Positions 30,499 to 41,348 are shown, numbered from the stretch's first letter. The stretch: 64,000 nucleotides of DNA from an uncultured Verrucomicrobiae bacterium (GCA_963837955.1 CAWIPH010000002.1:3488001-3552000), one strand, 5' to 3'. The notes: generated by a model from the sequence alone, not told the origin. A program made the numbers and translations.

Positions 30499-32031
30499 TT
30501 GGTGGAAACAGAAACGGAGACCGCCGAATTTCAGCGGAGCAAGTCGACGTATCAGATCACGCGTTTTATTCTCCTCAGACTTCTCGGGATCGTCTACGCA
30601 GTCGCTTTCCTCGTTGCCGCTCAACAGCTGATCCCTCTGATTGGATCGCACGGCCTCTTGCCGGTTGATCTTTTTCTGCAACGCGTTCACGATGCTTTGG
30701 GTTCGGATTGGGCCGGATTCCTGCAGTTTCCCTCGATCTTCTGGCTGAATCATTCCGACACAGCGTTGTTGTTGGCTTCTTGGACAGGCTTTGCGCTGGC
30801 CTGCGTTGTGGCGGCAGGATTTGGGAACTCGATCATTTTCGCGATCCTTTGGTTTCTCTATCTGTCAATAAACCACGTGGGTCAGGACTGGTACGGTTAC
30901 GGCTGGGAATCGCAGCTCTGCGAGACCGGGTTTCTGGCCATCTTTCTTGCTCCGATCCTCGATCCCCGCCCGTTTCCAAGGAGTCCGGCGCCGGTCGCAG
31001 TGATCTGGCTTTTTCGCTGGTTACTCTTTCGCCTTTTAGTTGGCGCGGCACTAATCAAGCTGCGCGGGGACTCTTGTTGGCGCGATCTCACCGCGCTGTA
31101 TTATTATTTTGAGACGCAGCCGTGCCCGGGACCATTGAGCCGCTGGTTTCACTTTCTGCCGAAACCTTTGTTACAGGTTGGCGTGCTCTTCAATTTTTTG
31201 GCCGAGCTGATCGCACCCTGGTTCATTTTTTGGCCTCGGATCGCCCGGCACATAGCCGGGGTCGTGATCGCATTATTTTTCGGGACGCTCATCATTAGCG
31301 GCAATCTCTCGTTTCTCGATTGGCTGACCTTGGTCCCGGTGGTCGCCTGCTTCGATGATTCGTTTTGGAGCAGATTCATACCCCGGCGATGGCGCGAGCA
31401 CATCCCACCGGCTTCACCTCGTTTGGGGATTCCCCGATTGGTCATTTCGGGGTTGCTCGTTTGCTTGATCGCCGGCCTGAGTATTCAGCCAGTCCAAAAC
31501 TTGATCGGCAGACACCAGATCATGAATACCTCGTTCAATTCGCTCGAATTGGTCAATACCTACGGCGCGTTTGGCAGCATCGGCAGAGAACAATATGTCG
31601 TTGTTTTTGAAGGCACCGACGCCGAACTCCCGTACAACGATGCCGATTGGAAGGAATATCCGTATCGAGGCGTGCCAGTCGACGTCAAACAGATGCCTCC
31701 GCAGATAGCTCCCTACCAGCTGCATTTCGATTGGCAGATGTGGTTCGCTTCAATGGCTTCACCCAATGAATATCCATGGACCATTCATCTCGTCTGGAAG
31801 TTGCTACACAACGATCCGCTGGCGCTGCACTTGTTCGCCGGAAATCCTTTCCCCGATCATCCACCGCGCTACGTTCGAGCGATTTGGTATAAGTACAAAT
31901 TCGCTGCCCCCGGGAATCCTGAAGGAGACTGGTGGGAGCGCGAAAAAGTCGGAGACTGGTTTCCAGTCGTATCCCTGGACGATCGCCGTTTAGCTCGTTG
32001 GATGGAAATGGAGGGCTGGAGGAGAGAGTGA
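30499..32031 (+). CDS. Lipase maturation factor (LMF) family protein
   Basis: [57 protein letters not shown]. Confidence 0.9.
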   Translation: MVETETETAEFQRSKSTYQITRFILLRLLGIVYAVAFLVAAQQLIPLIGSHGLLPVDLFLQRVHDALGSDWAGFLQFPSIFWLNHSDTALLLASWTGFALACVVAAGFGNSIIFAILWFLYLSINHVGQDWYGYGWESQLCETGFLAIFLAPILDPRPFPRSPAPVAVIWLFRWLLFRLLVGAALIKLRGDSCWRDLTALYYYFETQPCPGPLSRWFHFLPKPLLQVGVLFNFLAELIAPWFIFWPRIARHIAGVVIALFFGTLIISGNLSFLDWLTLVPVVACFDDSFWSRFIPRRWREHIPPASPRLGIPRLVISGLLVCLIAGLSIQPVQNLIGRHQIMNTSFNSLELVNTYGAFGSIGREQYVVVFEGTDAELPYNDADWKEYPYRGVPVDVKQMPPQIAPYQLHFDWQMWFASMASPNEYPWTIHLVWKLLHNDPLALHLFAGNPFPDHPPRYVRAIWYKYKFAAPGNPEGDWWEREKVGDWFPVVSLDDRRLARWMEMEGWRRE

Positions 32032-32038
32032 GGGGTGC

Positions 32039-32339
32039 GGCGTGACGGCTGTCGGCGTGTCGGCGTGATGGCGTGATGGCGTGATGGCGTGATGGCGTGA
32101 TGGCGTGATGGCGTGATGGCGTGATGGCGTTCTCGGCGTTCTCGGCGTTCTCGGCGTTCTCGGCGTTCTCGGCGTTCTCGGCGTTCTCGGCGTTCTCGGC
32201 GTTCTCGGCGTTCTCGGCGTTCTCGGCGTTCTCGGCGTTCTCGGCGTTCTCGGCGTTCTCGGCGTTCTCGGCGTTCTCGGCGTTCTCGGCGTTCTCGGCG
32301 TTCTCGGCGTGTCGGCGTTCCCGGCGTTCCCGGCGTTCC
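32039..32339. repeat. GGCG-core tandem array: (GGCGTGAT)x8, (GGCGTTCTC)x20, flanked by variants
   Basis: Octamers 32062-32125, nonamers 32126-32305. Confidence 0.95.
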
Positions 32340-32388
32340 AATGGAGATCCGATTTGACAAGTAGGCCAGAAACGCTGAGAAACACGCT

Positions 32389-32412
32389 GTTTACATGAAC
32401 CTTCATGTGAAC
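32389..32412. promoter_or_regulatory. Candidate LacI-family operator
   Basis: Near-palindrome GTTTACATGAA-CC-TTCATGTGAAC just upstream of the LacI gene; TTGACA at 32354. Confidence 0.55.
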
Positions 32413-32421
32413 CTTCCCCCG

Positions 32422-33510
32422 ATGACTGATCTGCCTCTGACCAACTCTACCAGAGCGACACTCTTCGATGTCGCCAGACTCGTCGGCGTTTCCATTCAAA
32501 CCGTATCGGCGGTGATGAATGACAAACCTGGCATTTCAGAACCGACCAGGGTGCGCGTCAGAAAGGCGATCGATGAACTCAATTACCATCCGAACATTCT
32601 GGCGAGCAGCTTACGGGCGCGGAAGAGTTTCACGATCGGCGTGATTGTGCCAAGCATCACGAATCCTTATTTTCCAGAATTTGTGCGCGGCGTTGAAGAC
32701 GTGGCTCATGAGCACGGATTCTCTTTGTTCCTTTGTAATTCCGACAATCAATCCGACAAAGAATTAGCCTATCTGCAGCTTCTTCGACGGCATGCGATCG
32801 CAGGTTTTATCGATGCCTGCTATATGGAGAGCCAGCGTTGCCGGCAGACCTTGATCGAACTAATCGAGCTCGGCGTTCCGGTTGTCATCCTCGGTAATTT
32901 ACGCATCCATCCGAAAACGGTCGTGGTGGACAGCAAGAATAAACAAGGAGGTTATGCTGCGGTCGCCCATCTCGTCGATATCGGCCATCGCCGGATCGGC
33001 GTGATCAAGCCGCCGCCGACCATCGTCGGCATCGATCGGCTGAGTGGATTCCAGGTCGGCTTTCACGATCATGGCTTGCCGATTATCGATCAATATTGGG
33101 TCGATGGTGGCTTTGACGTGTCTGACGGAGAAGCCGGCATCAGGCGTTTGCTCCAGCTCTCGAATCCGCCGACGGCTGTGATTGCCGCCAACGATCTCGT
33201 GGCGATCGGCGCCGCCACGGCACTCCGGCAAATGGGAAAACGGGTTCCCGAAGACATCTCGATCATCGGTTATGACAACATTCGAATGGCAGAACTATAC
33301 GACCCGGCTTTAACCACGATCGCGCAGCCGGTCTACGATATGGGAACAACCGCGATGCGGGCAATTATTCGGCGCATTGATGATCGGTCGCTGGGCGGAA
33401 CGAAGCGGGACTTCAACCCTCGCTTGATCGTCCGAGCCTCGACGCAGCCCTTGCGGCGAAGCAGGAAAGGACGGCCGATTCGCCGGGAACGAGCGATCGC
33501 TAAAGGATAA
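32422..33510 (+). CDS. LacI-family transcriptional regulator
   Basis: [49 protein letters not shown]. Confidence 0.95.
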   Translation: MTDLPLTNSTRATLFDVARLVGVSIQTVSAVMNDKPGISEPTRVRVRKAIDELNYHPNILASSLRARKSFTIGVIVPSITNPYFPEFVRGVEDVAHEHGFSLFLCNSDNQSDKELAYLQLLRRHAIAGFIDACYMESQRCRQTLIELIELGVPVVILGNLRIHPKTVVVDSKNKQGGYAAVAHLVDIGHRRIGVIKPPPTIVGIDRLSGFQVGFHDHGLPIIDQYWVDGGFDVSDGEAGIRRLLQLSNPPTAVIAANDLVAIGAATALRQMGKRVPEDISIIGYDNIRMAELYDPALTTIAQPVYDMGTTAMRAIIRRIDDRSLGGTKRDFNPRLIVRASTQPLRRSRKGRPIRRERAIAKG

Positions 33511-33515
33511 ACGAT

Positions 33516-35054
33516 ATGACCCTTCTGCAAGCGACCGATATCAGTAAACGTTTTCTCGGGGTTGCCGCGCTGCAAGAGGTCTCCTTCGCGGTAAATGCCG
33601 GCGAAGTCCACGCGTTACTGGGCGAGAATGGAGCAGGAAAATCCACGCTCCTGAAAATTCTGGCAGGAGCTCACGCCCAAGACAGCGGCATCCTGGAATT
33701 CGACGGCCGGCCATTAGGTTTGGAGACGCCGGCAGAAAGGCAGCGGCAAGGAATTGTCACTGTTTATCAGGAGTTCAACCTGATGCCCAATATGTCCGTT
33801 GCCGAAAACGTCTTCATCGGTCGGGAGCCGGGACCCGGGTACTTCGTTGATTGGAAGGCGATGCGCCAGGCTGCGGTTGCCGCCATCAGTCGCCTCGATC
33901 TTGACGTCGATCCGGCCACTCCAGTCTCCGCTTTGAGCGTGGCCGAACAACAGCTGGTCGAGATTGCTCGCGCTCTTACCATCAATGCCAGATTGATCAT
34001 TCTGGACGAACCGACGGCGGCGTTGAGCGATCGCGAGGTGCAAAAACTGCACGCAGTCGTCCGAGATCTGAAATCACATGGCATCAGCGTGATTTATGTG
34101 ACCCACCGGTTGATCGAAGTTCCCCAAATCTGCGATCGGTACACGGTGCTGCGCGATGGTCGATTGGCTGGTACTGGGGAGGTCGCCAGCACTTCGCTGG
34201 AAGACCTGGTGCGTCTGATGGTTGGCCGCAACATCGAAGTGAACGCTTCCGCGGGTACCCAGCGAACCAATCGGGTTGTCCTCAAGATCGAGCACCTTTC
34301 TCGAACCAAAAAGCTGCCTAGTCCACAAGCCGTTATGCTACGGGACATGAGCTTTCAGGTCCGGGCCGGCGAAATATTGGGACTAGCCGGACTGGTAGGC
34401 GCGGGCCGCACCGACCTGGTTCGTGCCATCTATGGCGCGGACCCGTTCGAATCCGGAAAAATCTATCTCGAAGAAAAACTCGTAAAGATCGACTCGCCTG
34501 GGAAAGCCATCGATTTGGGAATGGCATTAGTTCCCGAAGACCGCAAACAACACGGGCTTTTCCTTACCCAAAGTGTGCGGCGAAATATGACTCTCCCGAG
34601 TCTTCGCCGCCTTAGCCGGTTTCGATATTTCGTTGATCGGGCTGCCGAATCTGCCCTGATTCGCCAATTCAAAGAGAATCTCCGAATTCGCATGTCAAAC
34701 GAAGACGTGATCGTCGGGACATTGTCAGGCGGAAACCAGCAAAAAGTGGTGCTTGCCCGATATCTGGCTCTGAACCCCAAAATCCTGCTGGTCGATGAGC
34801 CGACTCGCGGGATCGATATCGGCGCGAAGGCAGAGGTTCACGACCTATTGAGGAAGCTTGCTGCAGCCGGTACAGCGATTGTCGTGGTTTCGTCAGAGCT
34901 TCCGGAAATCATTTCGCTATGCGATCGCATCATTACCGTGAAAGAAGGGCGATTCACGGGCGAGATGCCTGCAGCCGAGGCTACGGAAGAGAAGTTAATG
35001 AAACTGATGACGTTGGGCGCCGGCGAAACGCACGTTCACACCCCCATCAACTAA
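33516..35054 (+). CDS. Monosaccharide ABC ATP-binding protein (RbsA-like)
   Basis: GENGAGKS, LDEPT, LSGGNQQK, DEPTRGIDIGAK. Confidence 0.95.
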   Translation: MTLLQATDISKRFLGVAALQEVSFAVNAGEVHALLGENGAGKSTLLKILAGAHAQDSGILEFDGRPLGLETPAERQRQGIVTVYQEFNLMPNMSVAENVFIGREPGPGYFVDWKAMRQAAVAAISRLDLDVDPATPVSALSVAEQQLVEIARALTINARLIILDEPTAALSDREVQKLHAVVRDLKSHGISVIYVTHRLIEVPQICDRYTVLRDGRLAGTGEVASTSLEDLVRLMVGRNIEVNASAGTQRTNRVVLKIEHLSRTKKLPSPQAVMLRDMSFQVRAGEILGLAGLVGAGRTDLVRAIYGADPFESGKIYLEEKLVKIDSPGKAIDLGMALVPEDRKQHGLFLTQSVRRNMTLPSLRRLSRFRYFVDRAAESALIRQFKENLRIRMSNEDVIVGTLSGGNQQKVVLARYLALNPKILLVDEPTRGIDIGAKAEVHDLLRKLAAAGTAIVVVSSELPEIISLCDRIITVKEGRFTGEMPAAEATEEKLMKLMTLGAGETHVHTPIN

Positions 35055-35071
35055 CTACTGGTAATAAACTT

Positions 35072-36118
35072 ATGAGCGAAGCAACCTCGCCTGAAACCGA
35101 ATCAGTGGCGATACAAAGGCGCATTCGCTGGATCACCATTCTCGAAAGATTTGGCGTCGTCCTGTTTCTGATAGCTCTGATGGCGTTCTTCACCACTCAG
35201 AATGTTCGGTTCATTTATCCGCGCAATCTTTTTAACATCCTAGCTGACGTTTCGATCTATGGCGTCATGGCAGTTGGCATGACGTTGGTCATCCTAACCG
35301 CAGGAATCGATCTCTCGGTCGGCGCAATTCTGGCTTTTGCGGCGATGAGTGGTGCTGCTGTGCTTAAAGGCACCGGCGAGTCCCGGGCCGTTCCGGAAGA
35401 TCCCATGGCCTTCGGCGGCTACGCCTGGCTCGTTGCACTGGGGGTCGCAACCGGTGTTGGATTGATTTGCGGTTGGCTCCAGGGTGTAGCCATCACCCGA
35501 ATGAAGGTGCCGCCCTTTATTGTCACCCTCGGAGGAATGACCGTTTGGCGAGGCGCGACACTCGTGGTTGGCGAGGGTTCGCCAATTAGCGGGTTCTCGC
35601 CCGGATTGCGGTGGTGGGGCAGCGGAAGTTTTCTATTTGTCCCCGTGCCAGTCTGGTTATTTGCGATCGTCACGGTCATCGGCTTCATCTTGTTGCAATA
35701 CACTCGCTACGGTCGGCAAGTGTACGCGGTTGGCGGAAATCCGGAAGCTGCTCGGCTCTCTGGGCTTCGGGTCAATCGAATATTGGTAAGCGTTTATGCG
35801 ATCGTGGGTTTCCTAGCTGGTCTGGCCGGTTTTATGGAAACCGCGCGCCTTGACTCCGCGGAGGCGGTTGCCGGCGATGGATTCGAATTGCGCGTCATCG
35901 CTTCGGTCGTCATTGGTGGCACTAGCCTCTTTGGCGGTCTGGGCGGCGTGTTCGGAACCGTGGTTGGAACTGTTCTCATCGGCGTGCTGCTCAATGGCCT
36001 CGTCATCATGAACGTCTCCGCGTACTACCAGCAAATCATCATCGGCGTGATCATCGTTCTTGCTGTTGCTTTTGACACGTTCGCCAAATCGAAGAGCGGC
36101 AGTGTCTCAACTCGATAA
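35072..36118 (+). CDS. Monosaccharide ABC permease (RbsC-like)
   Basis: GMTLVILTAGIDLSVG, PPFIVTLG, GGNPEAARLSG. Confidence 0.95.
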   Translation: MSEATSPETESVAIQRRIRWITILERFGVVLFLIALMAFFTTQNVRFIYPRNLFNILADVSIYGVMAVGMTLVILTAGIDLSVGAILAFAAMSGAAVLKGTGESRAVPEDPMAFGGYAWLVALGVATGVGLICGWLQGVAITRMKVPPFIVTLGGMTVWRGATLVVGEGSPISGFSPGLRWWGSGSFLFVPVPVWLFAIVTVIGFILLQYTRYGRQVYAVGGNPEAARLSGLRVNRILVSVYAIVGFLAGLAGFMETARLDSAEAVAGDGFELRVIASVVIGGTSLFGGLGGVFGTVVGTVLIGVLLNGLVIMNVSAYYQQIIIGVIIVLAVAFDTFAKSKSGSVSTR

Positions 36119-36157
36119 TTTTCTCTGAACCAAAACAACACCCCGAATACCCCCCTA

Positions 36158-37111
36158 ATGAAAATAAAACATACCCTGTGTGGGCTTCTATTGGTCCTCA
36201 CACTAGTGGCGTTCCAACCCTCGACTTTCGCTCAAGGCAAGAATGAGCGCCTCGTCGTGATCGTTCCAAATCTTGCCTTCCCCTTTTTCGCTTTCATGAA
36301 GACCCAAGCGGAAGATGAAGGCAAAAAACTCGGAATCCAGGTCACTGTGGAAGACGGGCAAGGTAAATCGCCCACCCAATCGAGCGAGGTGCGGGCCGCA
36401 GTCACCCAGGGCGTCGATGGCATTGTCCTGATCCCCAACGACGTAAACGCGCTCGCGCCTGCGGCCAACGAAGTCATCGCCGCAAAGATCCCGATTGTGA
36501 CGGTCGACCGGAATGTCGCCGGCACCACCGAACCGATAGCACACGTCGGTGCGGATAACGTTGCCGGCGGTGTGGCCATGGCCGAATATGTGATCAAGAA
36601 ATTTCCCGATGGCGCACGGATCATTTTCTTGCGCGGGGAACCTGGTAGCAGCCCAGCTATCGACCGCGCGAAAGGCACCCTGGAAACCCTCAAAGCGGCT
36701 GGCGACAAATACAAAGTCTTGGCTGATCAAACCGCTAACTTTAAGCGCGATCAGGGTATGACGGTGACTCAAAACCTTTTGACCTCCATCGGCACTCCGC
36801 CCGATGTGATCATCTGTTCTAACGACGATATGGCGTTAGGCGCAGAAGAAGCATTGCAACAATCCGGTTTGCCAAAGGGCAAAGTGCTGGTCATCGGATT
36901 CGACGCGTTGCCAGAAGCGCTCGCCAAAATTCGTTCGGGCGATCAGACCGCAACCATCGAACAGAGTCCGGGTAAGCAAGTCCGAACCGCCCTACAGGTC
37001 ATTGTGGATCACATCCGGAATAAGAGCCCGTTGCACGATGAAGTGTTGAAGCCGTTTATCGTGGATCAGTCGAACCTGGATAAAGCAGAGCGGATCGCGG
37101 AAGCTAAATAA
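36158..37111 (+). CDS. Monosaccharide ABC substrate-binding protein (RbsB-like)
   Basis: Signal peptide, PFF, VDR, DNVAGG, NDDMALGA, GFD. Confidence 0.95.
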   Translation: MKIKHTLCGLLLVLTLVAFQPSTFAQGKNERLVVIVPNLAFPFFAFMKTQAEDEGKKLGIQVTVEDGQGKSPTQSSEVRAAVTQGVDGIVLIPNDVNALAPAANEVIAAKIPIVTVDRNVAGTTEPIAHVGADNVAGGVAMAEYVIKKFPDGARIIFLRGEPGSSPAIDRAKGTLETLKAAGDKYKVLADQTANFKRDQGMTVTQNLLTSIGTPPDVIICSNDDMALGAEEALQQSGLPKGKVLVIGFDALPEALAKIRSGDQTATIEQSPGKQVRTALQVIVDHIRNKSPLHDEVLKPFIVDQSNLDKAERIAEAK

Positions 37112-37140
37112 TCAGATCACCAGCTTATAGCATCGACGTG

Positions 37141-37163
37141 TGGCGGCCTGCTAAAGGCCGCCA
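37141..37163. terminator. Hairpin between convergent genes
   Basis: TGGCGGCCT-GCTAA-AGGCCGCCA 9-bp stem. Confidence 0.6.
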
Positions 37164-37189
37164 TATTTGGTTCGACGGACGTCCGACTG

Positions 37190-37714
37190 CTAATGGATCA
37201 GCTGTTCCCAATTTCGATTTGCTGTGACAATATCGTCGTCCTCATGGGCGCGGAATTCTTTCTCTGCCGCTGGGGATGCGCAAACGTAAAGTTTTCCCTT
37301 TACGATAAAAAAGACTGTCGGATCGCTGTCCGTTAGCTTTTTGCTTTTCACTCCGTTCGCACAAAAACCGCCGTACTGTGGGACATATTTTGAAGGACTT
37401 TTCTTAAAAACTGCCAGGTCCGCGGGGGAACTGAAATAGTAGATCGCTCCCTGATAGGCGGTTTGGTACTTAGAGCTTCCTTTAACGGCCTTCTTCTGAA
37501 CGAAATAGGCCACAACATCGTAACCTTTTAATATTACCCCTTTGCTATCCACATCTACTTTGGGGGTAGCGCTTTTCTCTGCCCATACTCGGATGGTCGG
37601 ATGCGAGCCTTTGAGATCTCCGCTTATGCGGTCAGACGGAACGTTTACAACCGCTCCGCTGCTGATGTGCGTTCCTATCGCGCACAAAGCTAAGACTAGG
37701 AAATTACGTTTCAT
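37190..37714 (-). CDS. Exported YHS-domain protein
   Basis: GYDVVAYF..YQGAIYYFSS..PSKYVPQYGGFCA..DP..F.IVKGKLY. Confidence 0.85.
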   Translation of the reverse strand: MKRNFLVLALCAIGTHISSGAVVNVPSDRISGDLKGSHPTIRVWAEKSATPKVDVDSKGVILKGYDVVAYFVQKKAVKGSSKYQTAYQGAIYYFSSPADLAVFKKSPSKYVPQYGGFCANGVKSKKLTDSDPTVFFIVKGKLYVCASPAAEKEFRAHEDDDIVTANRNWEQLIH

Positions 37715-37916
37715 TTTCTCTTCTCCCTCGACCGGCCAAGATTTGCATCTGGCACGCGCAAAAGCAAGCTGAAGACCCTACTACATTTGGAAGGCACGAT
37801 GGCAGCTCCCGATCCCGCCTGATCTCGGCCCGCGACCTTCTTTGACTGGGAGCAGATTCCTAGCTGGGCCAACTACTGGTGCGCCTGCCTGTCATAGATT
37901 TCTACTGTCACTGCTA

Positions 37917-37945
37917 ACTACCTCATTGAATATGGTTTTATTCCG
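37917..37945 (-). promoter_or_regulatory. Candidate ECF promoter upstream of YHS gene
   Basis: CGGAATA-N16-GGTAGT. Confidence 0.6.
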
Positions 37946-37976
37946 TCGGCGAAGATGTTAGTAGGCCGTGATCAGG

Positions 37977-38360
37977 CTACCCGGAAGACAAACTGCGGAT
38001 AAAGGTTACGAGTGTAGTTGCGTCATCCTCGGTAAGTTTCTTACCGAATGCCGGCATTTCCCCTTTAACGCCATTCAGAATCGTAGACTTAATTCGATCA
38101 TCAGTTTTGGTAACTTTGTGAAGATCGGGTCCCTCGTCGCCAGTTGCATCGATACCGTGGCAATGCGCACAGTTCAGAGAAAACAACTTTGCTCCCGCTG
38201 CTACCCGCGGATTTTTTATCACGTCGTTTTGCGCAGTCGATTTAACGGAAGGCGTTGGAAAATTGGATTGAACAAGCCGCGCCGCTCCGAGAAAACCGCC
38301 GATCGCCGTTCCCGAGACCAGCAAAGCAGCAACCAAAGCCTTAACTTCAATGTTTTTCAT
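37977..38360 (-). CDS. Monoheme c-type cytochrome
   Basis: N-terminal TM, CAHCH, GPDL, axial Met in EMPAF. Confidence 0.9.
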   Translation of the reverse strand: MKNIEVKALVAALLVSGTAIGGFLGAARLVQSNFPTPSVKSTAQNDVIKNPRVAAGAKLFSLNCAHCHGIDATGDEGPDLHKVTKTDDRIKSTILNGVKGEMPAFGKKLTEDDATTLVTFIRSLSSG

Positions 38361-38371
38361 GAAGACAAGGC

Positions 38372-38815
38372 CTAATGGTTCAAAACCATTTCGCCTCCCC
38401 AGAAACCTGCGATGCTGATCAGCACCGCAGTAGCGAGGATCGCGACAAAATAAATCGAGAAACCGATTCTCGAAGTCCGATGCCGCACGATCGAGCGCCA
38501 CACGGTTAAGGCGATCAACAACCCAAAGGAGGGCCAAACGAAATAGTGGTGAAGTAAAGTCATTCCCGACCCGGCGGCATCCCAGCGGGCCAGAACCAAT
38601 CCCGAAATGACAGCCGGCACCGCGCCGAGAGTGGCCAAGAGAAGGGTGAAATAACCGGAAAAACGAAAACTCTCTCGAATCCGGCCGGAAGGTGCGATCG
38701 AACCGACACCGTCGAGAAGAGCAGAGGTTAGCGCCAAAGCGATCGGCAAATGAGTACTGCCGCCGTGTACCCGGTCCCAGAAACCGGCATCAAAGAAATT
38801 AGTGGCGATAAGCAT
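38372..38815 (-). CDS. DUF2231-like membrane protein
   Basis: HGGSTHLPIAL...AVISG...HH...AGFWGGEMV with four TMs. Confidence 0.75.
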   Translation of the reverse strand: MLIATNFFDAGFWDRVHGGSTHLPIALALTSALLDGVGSIAPSGRIRESFRFSGYFTLLLATLGAVPAVISGLVLARWDAAGSGMTLLHHYFVWPSFGLLIALTVWRSIVRHRTSRIGFSIYFVAILATAVLISIAGFWGGEMVLNH

Positions 38816-38943
38816 AGCGAAATGAAAAAAGATCGTTGGCTAATCAAGGTGGCGGACACGTTCCGACGAAGATAGCCACGCCGCCTGCGGCCGGGCACCT
38901 CCGTCGGGTAAACGTTGTAGGGTCGGAGCGAGCTTCCCCCCAC

Positions 38944-39894
38944 TTAGACAAGTGGAGAATCTATCGTTGCCAAAGAATGCGCGGTCTCCACGTAATTGAC
39001 CTCCCTAATCCCAAGCACCGATCGCAACTTATCTGCCGGGACCTTCATTGGTCCGGCCTTTGGTGCGGTTCCTGGAGCTGGCTGCGGAAAGGCGGTCGAC
39101 ATCGCGGTATGAAAACTCATATTGCCTTCCACCTTCTGTACGACCTGATGAATGTGCCCGTTGAGCACCGCCACCGAGCCGAACTTTTTAAGCATCGATA
39201 AAGCCTGAGCACCGTCGGTTGTCCCCCAGCCCCACTGCGGATAGACCTCCCAAAGTGGAACGTGGGCAAAAGCGACGATTGGCGTACTGGCCGAAAGGCC
39301 GCTCAGATCCTTTTCCAACCAGCTAAGCTGATCAGGCCCCAAAATACCCAAGCCGCCTTCCGGGATATTCATGACGTTCACCAGTCCCACGAAGTGCACT
39401 CCCTTGTGATCGAAACTGGACCACCCATTACCCTGAGTACCTTTGCCGAACCTTTCACGGTATTGAGCTCCATTATCGCTAATAACATCGTGTTCTCCGG
39501 GAACATAGAATATGTCGGACACCCCTGTGTCTTTGAGTACCTCGTTGAGCGTATCGAATTCACCTGCTTCGGAGAGATGACTTAGATCGCCAGTATGGAT
39601 GATCAGATCGGGTTTCTTAGGCAATGCTTTGATCTTGGCGACAGCTAGCTTAAGCGTTCCGACTACGTCCGGATTCGCTTCTTTATTGAACCCGATATGG
39701 CTGTCACTGATTTGGACGAAGGTAAAATCTCCGGCTGGAGCGTCTGCGGCACGAGCCGTACTCAGCATTCGGGAGACCGCCAGTCCGCCAGCCATGGTGT
39801 ACACCACACCGGTCCCGGCCCAGGCCATGCATTTCAAGAATCCCCGACGGTCAATCCCGTCGTCGTTACTATTAGTTTCGATATAATCCGACAT
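38944..39894 (-). CDS. Tat-exported calcineurin-like metallophosphoesterase
   Basis: DRRGFLK Tat motif; SDSH, HTGD, PGEHD, NGHIH. Confidence 0.9.
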   Translation of the reverse strand: MSDYIETNSNDDGIDRRGFLKCMAWAGTGVVYTMAGGLAVSRMLSTARAADAPAGDFTFVQISDSHIGFNKEANPDVVGTLKLAVAKIKALPKKPDLIIHTGDLSHLSEAGEFDTLNEVLKDTGVSDIFYVPGEHDVISDNGAQYRERFGKGTQGNGWSSFDHKGVHFVGLVNVMNIPEGGLGILGPDQLSWLEKDLSGLSASTPIVAFAHVPLWEVYPQWGWGTTDGAQALSMLKKFGSVAVLNGHIHQVVQKVEGNMSFHTAMSTAFPQPAPGTAPKAGPMKVPADKLRSVLGIREVNYVETAHSLATIDSPLV

Positions 39895-39946
39895 AACTTG
39901 CTTTCTGTGGGTAAATCGGCGCCAAAAAAGCAGCCGCTAACCGAGT

Positions 39947-39976
39947 ACTACCGCCCGCAGCCCAAGAATATTCCCG
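39947..39976 (-). promoter_or_regulatory. Candidate ECF promoter for metallophosphoesterase operon
   Basis: CGGGAATA-N16-GGTAGT. Confidence 0.65.
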
Positions 39977-39999
39977 ACCGCTCGCAGGTTTGTGATTTC

Positions 40000-40029
40000 C
40001 GGGAATAAGATTTCCCCAAACCTGGTATT
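40000..40029 (+). promoter_or_regulatory. Candidate autoregulatory ECF promoter
   Basis: CGGGAATA-N16-GGTATT, about 25 bp before the sigma start. Confidence 0.65.
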
Positions 40030-40053
40030 CTTATTTAATGGTCTTGCTTGCCG

Positions 40054-40581
40054 ATGAATGACCAAGGCCGTCGCGTTCGCTTTGAAAATCAAATGCTGCC
40101 TCTCATGCCGGAAGCGTACAACCTGGCTCGCTGGTTCATGAAAAACGAACCCGATGCGCGCGATGCCGTTCAGGACGCTTACCTGAAGGCTTTTCGCTAT
40201 TTCGAGTCATTTCATGGCGATTCCGGCCGGGCCTGGCTGCTCCGAATTGTCCGGAATGTCTGCTACGATGCTTTGCGATCCAGAGAATCGCAGCTAACCA
40301 CCGTCTCGCTGGATGAAGAGGATGCGACCCAAGTTCCGGATCCAAAACCGGGTCCAAATGTTTTGGCTATTCAAAATGCAACGAGACTCCGAATTCACGA
40401 AGCGCTTGAGACTCTGCCTTTAGATTTCAAAACCGTGATTATTCTCCGAGAATTCGATGGATTTTCCTACAAGGAGATCTCCGAAATCGTGGGCGCACCG
40501 GTCGGCACAGTCATGTCGCGCCTCTCCCGGGCGAGGCAGCAACTCGCTGTTCTCCTGCAAAGCGAAGGAGGGAACCAATGA
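40054..40581 (+). CDS. ECF sigma factor
   Basis: AYNLARW, DAVQDAYLKA, RAWLLRIVRN, SYKEISEIVGAPVGTVMSRLSRAR. Confidence 0.95.
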   Translation: MNDQGRRVRFENQMLPLMPEAYNLARWFMKNEPDARDAVQDAYLKAFRYFESFHGDSGRAWLLRIVRNVCYDALRSRESQLTTVSLDEEDATQVPDPKPGPNVLAIQNATRLRIHEALETLPLDFKTVIILREFDGFSYKEISEIVGAPVGTVMSRLSRARQQLAVLLQSEGGNQ

Positions 40582-41348
40582 ATTGCAAAGAGACCTCGGC
40601 CTTGCTGGACGCCTACGTCGACAATGAACTCGACCTCGTCAAAACCGTTAGCGTTGATGAGCACATTCGTGCGTGTGCGGACTGCCGCTCACAATACGAA
40701 TTGCGAGTAGCCATCCGGAGCAGGCTCCAAGATCCGGAACTGCGCTACGCGATTCCTGATGAGCTGTCCGACCAAATTCGCCGGAAATTGGGCCAATCCT
40801 CTCGGCCGGATAGAAAAATCCTCTCGTATCCATCCGTCGTCTGGATTCCGATCGCTATCGCTGCCGCCGCGGTTTTCGGAGCGTTCTTCTATTCAAACAT
40901 TGGAAGGTTACTTCCTCAAACCAAGATCCCTTCCATGGTGGCTGAGATAACGTCGGATCACATCCGCTCGCTCATCGGCACCCATCTTATCGATGTCGAA
41001 TCGAGCGACCAGCATACGGTGAAACCGTGGTTTGCCGGTAAGATCGATTTCTCACCACCTGTCCGCGATTTCGCGGATCAAGGTTTTAAGCTGATCGGCG
41101 GCCGGCTCGATTATGTGAACGGCTCAAATGTAGCGGTTCTGGTCTATCGATTTAAGAATCACTACGTGAGTTTATTCGTTGCCCGGGAGCGGAAGGCGCA
41201 AACCGATTCCAGCGAAACGACCTCCGGTTATGAGGGCTACAATCTCGTCTATTGGAATGCAAACGGTCTGGATTTCTGGGTCGTATCCGATGCTGCGACC
41301 GGAGCGCTTCTTGAGTTCGCTAAAATTCAGAGAGAAGAGCATTCTTAA
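40578..41348 (+). CDS. Transmembrane zinc-binding (zf-HC2) anti-sigma factor
   Basis: C..HIRACADC, TM, SSDQHTVKPWFAGKIDFSPPV..GGRLDY. Confidence 0.9.
   Translation: MNCKETSALLDAYVDNELDLVKTVSVDEHIRACADCRSQYELRVAIRSRLQDPELRYAIPDELSDQIRRKLGQSSRPDRKILSYPSVVWIPIAIAAAAVFGAFFYSNIGRLLPQTKIPSMVAEITSDHIRSLIGTHLIDVESSDQHTVKPWFAGKIDFSPPVRDFADQGFKLIGGRLDYVNGSNVAVLVYRFKNHYVSLFVARERKAQTDSSETTSGYEGYNLVYWNANGLDFWVVSDAATGALLEFAKIQREEHS

Noticed and set aside
31685..32499. ORFs with ENA, RRE, TPR or FSA repeats
   Set aside because: Products of the stop-free nonamer array; they overlap LMF and LacI genes on the opposite strand or lack any unique sequence
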